Shown here piece by piece: positions 54,273 to 64,000 of a stretch of DNA of 64,000 nucleotides; within the stretch, counting starts at the first letter, position 1; each line of letters opens with the position of its first letter. The notes beneath the pieces are model-generated. The model did not search any database. It was not told the origin of the DNA and was given only the letters and a program-made list of their open reading frames with translations. The stretch is taken from assembly GCF_006345805.1 (NCBI RefSeq), contig NC_043005.1:55800001-55864000 (forward strand), given 5' to 3'. Both the position numbers and the translations under genes were made by a program. The DNA is from Octopus sinensis (lineage: Eukaryota).

Positions 54273-54306
<34 letters not shown>

Positions 54307-57140
54307 ATATACAATGGGTTTTTTTCAGTTTGTCTCTATCAAGTCCACTTACAAGGTTTTAGTTGGCCCATGGCTATAGTAGAAATCTTGACCTGGAAAC
54401 CATGTGGTTGGGAAGCAAACTTCTTACCACACACCCACCCTTGCTTTCTAAAAAGATTTAACCAATGGAGAGTGTATTTTTGATCTTTTCTTAAGACCTT
54501 GATTCAGTCATGTGGTGCGTGTGTGTGTGTGTGTGTCTGTGTGATTAAAAAGTAAAGTTTTCATCCATTCATTCATGCCAATGCTTTAAAATTTAATTTT
54601 AAATAGTTAAAGTTATTTAAGAAAAGTTACATAAAAAAGTAAACTAGCCCCTAAAATTATTTATTAGCACAAAGCTTCGATTCATTTAAAACGATTATAA
54701 ACCTGTAGAATTTCTTACGGTTTCAGTCACCCGTGGACTACTGCTTTCTTAGAAAAAAATTATAATTATAAAATAAAAAAAAATTAGAATGATCTGACTG
54801 ATGCTTTTTTTTTTTTTAAATCAGCTTTGTTAGACTCCCTTGTAAAAAACACATCGTTTTTAGTAAATTTTTTTCTGATTTTGTTTCTACATATAATGTT
54901 CTTTCAAAACTAGGCATGGTTCAACATGGCTATGATATTCCTTTCTAATGCAGCCACAAGGGCTGAAATATGGTGGCAATGGGTCTAGTTGATTACATTG
55001 ACACTAAACTTAACTAGTACTTAATTTATCAAGCCCAAATAGATGAAAGACAAAGTTGACTCTAGCAGAATTTGGAACTCAGAGCACAAGTGCAGGTGAA
55101 ATATTGCAAAGTATCTTGTCCAACTTGCTAACAACTCTACCAGCTTGCTGCCTCAATATTAGAAGTGGGAGTATTTCTGTTTCAAAGTTTTTGAGCAGTA
55201 ATTAATAGGAAAAATGCTTTTTTTATTTGATGATAATTTTTATTAAAAAAAAAGTAGGGTCGAGATCTTTTCTATAAATTCATGAAAAAGAGAAAAACCG
55301 GACAACTACATGACTTTTATTGACTTATTTTGAATATACTAGTTAAGCAGTAGTCAGTGTGTCACATGACCTTATATGTGAAGGATTGGTGTGGAGCAGA
55401 AGATGTGGAGCTGCCAATGCTTCAAAGGAATTGCGCAAAAGAAAAACAAAAACAAACACTTATTGAAATCAGCTAATCAAATTTGATGCCACTTATATTA
55501 AGGGGCAGTCTGAAAAATTTTTTTGCACTCTAATCATGGGATTCTTGTATATATTTTGGAAATGTTTCTATGTACATTTCTCATATCTTATTAACTACTT
55601 CAAAACAGTTCTTTGTAGTGGGGAACTAATTTCATTTTCAAACTCCCCATATCTCAAAACATAATACTACACTTTCCATCAAAAACAGGGGAAGGTAGAA
55701 CACTCGGAAATCCCACCCCCTAACCTCAATGCGTGTGGTGGGGTGGACTGCATTCCCTAGTTTCCTAGTCACCGTTTACCACTGATGGTCAACTGTAACA
55801 GAATTTTCTCAAAGAACTTCCTGCAAAGTTTAAATGAAATCCATTTTCACATCACTGTCTGTATATTAACATAGATTGTGTATTTCTGAAAATTTAGATG
55901 CTTTTTCAATTAGCAGAACATGGGTTTTATAGCAGAGTGGGCATTCACACCTTCAACATCACCTCAGACTATGAAGTGCTAATTGCCAGATGAACAAAGC
56001 ATTATGTATGCTCCAGAGAGAGAGAGAGAAACAACAGTTAGAATTCAAAGACATAAACTATTTTATTATGTACCATTGTCTTCATCATCATCATCAGCAC
56101 CATAACCACCACCACCACCACCACTACCACCACCACCACCATCATCGCTATCACCATGGTCGTTGTCATCATCGTCATTACCATCGTTGTTGTCGTCATC
56201 CTCCTCCTCATCATCATCATCAATTTTCATCACCATTCTTACCATGATGGCATGGGCTGGACAAAATTTCTTCAAAGCAGTACTCTATGGCCAAGTACTC
56301 TTCCCTTCCCAGTGCTGACCGTTTGATTGGTTTTTCAAGCATCATGTGCTTTGAGCTGCAAGATATACACAGCCATTTTTGCTGTCCAAGTTGTATGCAG
56401 AAACAACCATGGGTTGGATAGTTTTACTTTTACCAGAGATGGTAAGGCCAGGGGCCACACCAGACTCCATTGTCTATTCTGGTATGGTTTCTATGGGAGG
56501 ATGCTCTTCCTGATGCCAACCATTCCACAGAATGTATTGTGTGCTTTTTATGTGGCAGCAGAACCATTGCTTTTTATGTGGCACCAGCACCAGTGCCTTT
56601 TATGTGGCACCAGCTCTGCTATAATGGATGGGTCTTCTTGAGTACAGCAAGGTGCCAGAGATATCTCAGTCATTGGACATCACCTTCGTAAGGCTCAGTG
56701 TCTTGAGAACAGCCTACAGTACTTCAGCCCCTGTCTTCTTGGGGCTCTCTTTTCCACATGTTCCATCCGTTGTAAGTGATTGGCACTTAGTGTATGCAAC
56801 TGTCTACATCCATACACATCACAGGACCAAACCAGCACAATCTCATCTCTTGCACACAGTATATAATTCCTCTTATGCCCAACTTTTCTCTCAATACACT
56901 AGCACTCTGTCACACATATACACTGACATTGCATTTCAATCTACCCAGATATTAGTCGTAACACAAGGGATGGATGCCTTTTGTCAAAGAAGAATTATCT
57001 TTTCTGCTACAATCTTAACGATTTGTTTAATTTATTTTAATGCGTATGTAATCTATACCTCATGTAACACATATATTTGGTGACCTAGTATTAAAAATAA
57101 TAAAGAAAACAAAGTCAAAATGTCTATTTATTTCACATAA

Positions 57141-57398
57141 TTTCAAAATTTCAAGTGCGTTGCAGAGCCTAAAGATATGAATTTTAGAGCTTGAGATTTT
57201 AACACTTTTGTTTTTAAAGGATTTCGCAAAAGAAAATCGATTTGTATCAATGAATGTAAAAAACTAAAATGGAGAATGGCAAACGAGTTATAAATTAATT
57301 TTTCGCTCATTATTCAAAATTTTAAGTGGGCTGCGGAGCCTGAAGATGTAAATTTAAGAACTTCAGATTTTAACACAGTTGTTTTTAGAGGATTTCAC
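57141..57398. repeat. Diverged direct repeat of about 85 bp at about 170-bp spacing
   Basis: ttcaaaattt.aagtg...gagcct.aagat...agattttaacac...ggatttc at 57141 and 57312. Confidence 0.75.
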
Positions 57399-57559
57399 TA
57401 TACAAAACATATCCTTAAAAACATATTTCAAAAACTCTGTGTAAAAAGTACCTTTTTCGCTCCACCCAAATATACATATATATCATCATCATATAATATA
57501 TATATATATACATAGACGGACAGACAGATAGATAGATAGCTAGATAGATAGATAAATAT

Positions 57560-57595
<36 letters not shown>

Positions 57596-57787
57596 CATCA
57601 TCATCAGTCGGTGGCACATAAAATCACCCACTACACTCTCGGAGTGGTTGGCGTTAGGAAGGGCATCCAGCTGTAGAAACACTGCCACATCTGACTGGCC
57701 TGGTGCAGCCTTCGGGCTTCCAGACCCCAGTTGAACCGTCCAACCCATGCTAGCATGGAAAGCGGACGTTAAACGATGATGATGATG

Positions 57788-57820
<33 letters not shown>

Positions 57821-57823
57821 CAT

Positions 57824-57854
<31 letters not shown>

Positions 57855-58489
57855 CTAGCAGTATCGCCCGGCGTTGCTCGGGTTTGTAAGGGAAATAACT
57901 ATATAAGCATTTTTAGAGAGTTATAGCCAAAAATAGGAAAAAATGCATTAAAAATGGAAAAAATATGATGGTAATTTTTTTTTAAATCGTTGACTCATCG
58001 TAGACATTTTTAGAGAGTTACTTCCCTTATATAATAGCGGAAAAATGCATTAAAATGGAAAAAAAACGATGGTAAATTTTTTTTTTAATCGTAGACTCAT
58101 GTAGACGCTTTCTTAGCCATTTCTGTTTTGGTGTCTTCAAGCCATGAAGTCGTTGTTCTAAAAGAACGCTGGTCTCCGTGACAACGCATTACGACGTTGA
58201 TTTCCTTACACTCCCTTCCCCACAGGTGCAGGTGTGAGCGTGGACGCCAACTCCGCCGCCATCGACACACGAAAAATTATGCATTAAAATGGAATAAAAA
58301 ATGATGTTAAATTATTTTTAAAATCGTAGACTCATCGTAGACGCGCGCTAATACTCAGACGGGCTCGATATGAATCACGACTATAAGCTACCCGAATTTG
58401 GTTAAACTGCACCGAAAAATGTGGGAGTAGTTAGGAATCTATATCGAAGGGGACAGACACTCACACAACTACAGTTTTATATATATAGA
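57855..58489 (-). mobile_element. Non-autonomous Helitron (635 bp)
   Basis: Minus strand starts A|TC and ends with hairpin CCCG-agcaacgc-CGGG, 9 nt, then CTAG|T. No TSD. Three internal copies of an atgcattaaaatggaa...gactcatcgtagac block. Confidence 0.82.
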
Positions 58490-58496
58490 TATACAT

Positions 58497-59100
58497 AGCG
58501 CAGTAGTGGTGAGATGTGACAGCAAAGAAAAGCATACATTCACTCTCTGCATGCAATTAGACTCGGAAAGTTCGTGAGGAACCCATTGACCCAATTTGCT
58601 GACTTTTCCGATAGCACACAGGTCTCAATGAATAGTTGAATGACCAAATCCAAGCTTCTCTGCTAGTTCCTCAACAGTTACGATGAGATTTTGTTCCACC
58701 AGGGTTTTCAGGATGTCCTTGTCGAGTTCTACAGATCTTTCAGGATGAGGCTCGTCTTCTAGGCTCTAGTTTATGGCTCGGAATTTCTGGAACCACCATT
58801 GACACTGCCTTACGCTTATTGTCCAATCCCCATATACTGCATTAATATTTCTTGTACTTTCCGTTGCGTTGTTGTCTTTATTGAACTCATAAAGCAAAAT
58901 ATGCCAAATATGCTCCTTTGTTACTTCCAACATAGCTTTGAAAAAAATAGCTGTTAAAATCGAAATGCACTCTTCAAAACTTGCACTATGAATAAGGACA
59001 AGATAAAATTACTACCTGCTTTTATAGCAAGTTAATATAAGTAGTTTATCCCATTCCTCTCTGACTTTTAGTTCAAGCTGTTGAAATAACCGCATTATTA
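58497..59100 (-). mobile_element. 5' half of a decayed mariner (DD34D-type) transposon
   Basis: From ATG at about 58933: MLEVTKEHIWHILLYEFNK...INAVYGD..ISVRQCQWWFQKFR...LEDEP...VEELAEKLG..HSTIH*..GKVSKLGQWVPHEL. Has the WVPHEL motif and two stops. Confidence 0.88.
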
Positions 59101-59107
59101 TATATAT

Positions 59108-59138
<31 letters not shown>

Positions 59139-59472
59139 CACACACTCTCTCTCTCACACACATGCACACATTTATATTCTGTTATTCTTTTATATGTTTC
59201 AGCCTTGAGGTTGTGGCCATGCTGGATCATGTGTGTGTGTGTGTGTGTGTGTGTCTATCTGTCTGTCTGTCTGTATGTATATATGTATATGTATGTGTGT
59301 GAACAATAATATTTTCAACAGATGTGTTGCAAATGTATCTGATTGTTCTCAAGCTTCAATACTGTGTGTGTGTGTGTATGTGTGTGTGTGTATGTATGTA
59401 TGTATATGTATGTATGTATATGTATGTATGTATGTATGTATATATGTATGTATGTGTGTGTGTATGTATGTA

Positions 59473-59503
<31 letters not shown>

Positions 59504-60799
59504 ATGTATGTATGTATATGTATGTATGTATATGTATGTATGTATGTATGTATGTATATGTATGTGTGTATGTGTGTGTGTATGTATGTATGTGTGTGTA
59601 TATGTATGTGTGTGTGTATGTGCGTGTGTATGTATGTATGTATGTATGTATGTATGTATGTATGTATGTATGTATGTATGAGTGTATGTTTACTTTATTA
59701 CTAACAGAAGCCACTACGGTTATTTAATGTAAAGTCTTCCTCAAATCACTCTGTCTTGCTATTTACTCTCTTCCAAGAACATTTTCACTCACTCTTATTT
59801 GTTAGCTTCCCATACATTTTACTCATGTATCTATCAGCGTGATAGACAGAAACAAATATTACATCTAGTTTCACTTTATTCGTTACACAGTGTGTGTGTG
59901 CGTTTGCGTGTGGTGTAAACCAGACTAAGAAAAGCATTTGACACACACACCAGAATGTGAGTTTTCTGTAAATTTTGCTTAATTGGAGTTTAAATTTTAA
60001 AAACTGGACCTGGCATGACGCGATGCATTGTACTCTTAAAAATGCTAGGTAAATTGTAATTGAAGAAATCCTATATTGTAGATTTGTATAACTCCCAAAG
60101 GGAGGCAGATAAAATCTGCCTTTTATAATAAGAGATATATATATATATATATATATACATATATAAGCACACGCAAATGAACCCACACAAACCTCTCATA
60201 CACACACTCATACATACATGTACACACACATATGCACATATAAACACACACGCACACATACACAAAGTAAAGTACAGTTACTCCCCACACACACAACCCC
60301 TATGTATACACACATACACACACACACACTGCAAGCAAAAAACACACACACTACATATACATACACACACACATACTTCAAACTACCAGTACCTTCTACT
60401 GACCATTCTCCTACACACATGTATAGGTAAATACACAACAAGCAGCCATATAAAAGTAAAAATAAACATATAAGAAAAAAATGATATATGCATATTGATG
60501 TACAGATATTTTGTTGGATGGCCGTTGACCGTTCAGGAGTTCCTCCACCTTTGACAGGTCTTATTTTTCATCCCACAGGGTGTCCAACAGCACCCTCCAC
60601 ACCAAGCAAGCATGGTGGGGTTGCCAGTTTAGTCACTGATGACCCGACCATGCGACGGGTTGTACTGGATTACATGTTACCAGTAGCACTCAAGAGCAAC
60701 CTGACATAATTGTATATATATACATATATATGCATATATATATATGTGTGTGTATATATATATATATATTTGTATGTATATATATATATATATATATAT

Positions 60800-60842
<43 letters not shown>

Positions 60843-60936
60843 CATACATATATATATATATATACATATAGACATACATATATAGATATATATATACATA
60901 TTAATATATATACATATATATATATATGTATATATA

Positions 60937-60980
<44 letters not shown>

Positions 60981-61169
60981 CAATGGTGATGATGATGATA
61001 ATATACACACACATACATTTATAAGGATCCAACCTGCCACCCACCCGCATAGTGTTGCCATCTAAGCAATGTGCACATGGAAAGTTGTGTTATTGCTCAT
61101 GTGGATTCCCAGGTCATGCACTGACTCTAACTCTGGGATTACATTACCTACTGGTCCCAAGTGCTTCAG

Positions 61170-61562
61170 CTATAGTTTCTTTGTGGGCTGATAGAGGAGT
61201 GCTAGAAATTTTGCACCATTGAACTGCACATTATTCTCATCAGCCCATTTATATATTGTGTTCAGGTCATTCTGCAGTCTTAAGATGTCAGCAGGATCCA
61301 TAACCGCTTGCAGTACATTTGTATCTTCAGCGTAGCTGGTGAGTGTGGCTGACTCTGTGGCTGAGAGCATGTCTGAGAGAGCAACCACAAACAGTAGTGG
61401 TCCCAGCACTGTTCTCTGGGGGACTCCACTGAAGATTGGTATCACTTCAGTGAGAGCACCATTTGCTGTGACAGCCTGACTTCTGTCATTCAGGAAACCA
61501 TGCAGCAACTCACCCAGTCTACCAGCAATACCGAGGTCATGCAATTTGTGACATATCATCCC
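61170..61562 (-). mobile_element. LINE reverse transcriptase fragment
   Basis: GMICHKLHDLGIAGRLG...RSQAVTANG...SGVPQRTVLGPLLFVVALSDM...SYAEDT...LQNDLNTIYKWADENNVQFN. Confidence 0.88.
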
Positions 61563-61571
61563 AAGATATAT

Positions 61572-61606
<35 letters not shown>

Positions 61607-61643
61607 TACATACATACATACATACATATATATATATACACAT

Positions 61644-61674
<31 letters not shown>

Positions 61675-61675
61675 C

Positions 61676-61718
<43 letters not shown>

Positions 61719-61719
61719 C

Positions 61720-61762
<43 letters not shown>

Positions 61763-62000
61763 CGGGAGAGTGTTCCCAGGAAGACATCTCTTCCAACTGG
61801 CTAATGACACACATGCTGCGTCCAATTAGTATTTGTGAGGGAGGTCATTGCTCCACCCTCTAGCCTTATGTGATATACATGGACTTGAGTTTCTGGGTGG
61901 TTACCCATCCTTCTCGTGTGTTAATCATGAGCTTGTGATGAAAAATATATGTTACAATTCCATATTACTACTGTTTATATCTTGCTCAGAGATTTAATAT

Positions 62001-62352
62001 ACTCTCTTTTACTCTTTTACTTGTTTCAGTCATTTGACTGCGGCCATGCTGGAGCACCGCCTTTAGTCGAGCAAATCGACCCCGGAACTTATTCTTTGTA
62101 AGCCCAGTACTTATTCTATCGGTCTCTTTTGCTGAACCGCTAAGTGACGAGGACGTAAACACACCAGCATCGGTTGTCAAGCAATGCTAGGGGGACAAAC
62201 ACAAACACACAAACACACACACACATACATATATATATACATATATACGACAGGCTTCTTTCAGTGTCCGTCTACCAAATCCACTCACAAGGCATCGGTC
62301 GGCCCGGGGGCTACTGAAGAACCAGAAGAGCACTTACCACACAGCCACTCCT
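62001..62352 (-). mobile_element. SINE family A copy (CpG-rich, young)
   Basis: Reverse complement of family A with CpGs retained. Confidence 0.85.
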
Positions 62353-62452
62353 AGTTTATTTCTCCTTTTTTGAGATCAGCGACAGTTTGTTGCTGGAAAA
62401 AGCATATAGTATTTTGCAAGTGGATTGAGTTTTCATCACTAGCTGGTGATTA

Positions 62453-62499
62453 ACACACGCTGAGGATGGGTAACCACCCAGAAACTCGAGTCCATATGT
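62453..62499 (+). ncRNA. Minimal type I hammerhead ribozyme, intact core, weakened stem I
   Basis: acacacg-CTGAGGA-TGGG taacca CCCA-GAAA-CTCGAG-TC-catatgt. Stem III palindrome ACTCGAGT and GUC triplet. Stem I has 2 mismatches in 7. Confidence 0.72.
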
Positions 62500-62772
62500 A
62501 TCATGTAAGGCTAGAGATGGGAATGATGACCTCCCCTTGCAAATACGAATCAGATACAGAATGTGTCGTTAGCCAGCTGGAAGAGATGTCTTCCTGGGGC
62601 TATAAACATCAGTAGCACTGTCCTGTATGGGATGTCACACTTGGTTGGCAATTATATGCTACAATTCCGTATTGCTGCTGTTCGTATCTCACTCAGAGAT
62701 TTAGTATAGATATATATTATATATGTACATATATATATATATATATATATATGCTTTTATATAATATATATG

Positions 62773-62859
<87 letters not shown>

Positions 62860-62862
62860 TTT

Positions 62863-62916
<54 letters not shown>

Positions 62917-63659
62917 TTCTGTTTGCCAGCCACAACCCTGCTTGGTGTGTTTACATCCCTGTAATTTTGTGGTTCTGCAAAAGAAACAGAGAGAATAAGT
63001 ACCACGCCTTAAAAAAAAGTACTGGGGTTCTACTCATTCAACTAAAATTTCTTTAAGACAGTGCTCCAGCATGGCAACTGTCTGATGACCGAAACAAGTG
63101 AAAGACAAAGGATAAAGAAAATGACTGACAGAGAGAAGAAAAATGAAAGCAAATTAAATAAAAGCTTAAGATAAACAATTTATGGAAGTTAAAATATAAT
63201 TAAGTTCAGAGCAGGTGTGATAGATTGTAACAAGAGGATTTAAATGATAGAGTGGTAAAATACAAAACAAGATTTGATTTGAGCACTTCCTGTGTTGTCA
63301 GTTAAACTCCAACAACTAGATTGTTTCGCACAAACTCATCTGTCATCACAAACTAAATAATCCACTGAAGTCACCAGAAGAATTTTGCTGTTGATGATGC
63401 TGATGCTGATGATGATGATGATGATGGTGCTGTTGTTATCATATTTTATTGTTTAGTCTCAAATCAGCTGAAGTCAGATGGTTTAATGACCAAAGCTAGG
63501 CAAACTGTCAGAATAGTTGTACCATATGAGTTGGAATTTTTCAGTTTTGGTCAGAATATGATTAACAAGCAGTTTGCCGTAAGTAAAAAAATGTGAAAGT
63601 AAATCCTCCAAACTACTGGAAGTAAGACAGACAATTATCCTTTATTACTAGTCCTGAAT

Positions 63660-63795
63660 CCAGGTAAAAAAAGTCACAGGTACAAAAGTCACAAGAAAAA
63701 AAGTCATGCTAATAAAGTCACAGGAAAAAACTCACAGAGATTTTGTCCAATAGGGTTTTGTCCGAGAGGATTTTGTCCTAGGGGTGTTTTGTGCA
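63660..63795. repeat. Short-period subterminal-type repeats (aaaagtcacagg x5, gattttgtcc x3-4)
   Basis: Direct reading. Resembles DNA transposon subtermini, family not assignable. Confidence 0.55.
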
Positions 63796-64000
63796 GATCT
63801 CATAAATTAATTGTAACTTTATTACTGACTTTATTACCGGTCACACTAATCCCACAATGTCAGCTTTCTTCTTGGTAAGCATCTATCGCTCTTCTATAGT
63901 CTGTATTATAGATAGTGCCATCGTTTACATCAACAAAATAGATGGAATGGTCGACAACTTCATGAATATAAAAATTGTCAAGACCCACATATGAAGCCCT

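Larger units (their letters stand above)
61776..62705. mobile_element. Inverted pair of hammerhead-bearing repeat units (about 170-bp arms) with a SINE inserted in the spacer
   Basis: 61776-61944 is the reverse complement of about 62430-62598. The tail 62560-62705 resembles the reverse complement of 26350-26500. Confidence 0.78.

Noticed and set aside
55990-56275. His-rich and Asp/Gly-rich ORFs
   Set aside because: Translation of a (CAT/CAC)n microsatellite. The many YI/CV/HT-rich ORFs elsewhere are likewise dinucleotide-repeat artefacts.
60636-60665. CTGATGA followed by a cccg/cggg hairpin
   Set aside because: No GAAA after the stem, so not a hammerhead. More likely a retroelement 3' stem-loop.

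Overview
AT-rich, microsatellite- and SINE-dense eukaryotic genomic DNA. The repeat landscape looks like an octopus or other coleoid cephalopod; this is an inference from repeat content only. The one supported protein-coding gene is a minus-strand EFHC1/Rib72-family (DM10-domain ciliary microtubule protein) gene. Five internal exons (26095-26316, 19943-20093, 13201-13337, 12707-12934, 1671-2000) splice in frame with GT-AG boundaries to give 356 aa. The 3' exons lie left of the window and the first coding exon was not found. The rest is intronic or intergenic: three or more tRNA-derived SINE families, decayed mariner and DD37D (maT) transposons, nested LINE fragments, RTE 3' ends, a structurally complete non-autonomous Helitron, hAT and piggyBac-like MITEs, and minisatellites. 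The most notable signal is a set of six loci with minimal type I hammerhead ribozyme motifs (CUGANGA / stem II / GAAA / short palindromic stem III / NUH). They sit in Penelope-like or retrozyme-like repeats. One has a fully intact core and lies in sense orientation about 250 nt upstream of an EFHC1 splice acceptor, one is fused to a tRNA-derived Pol III head, and two are in long inverted repeats. Most ORF-track entries are microsatellite artefacts.
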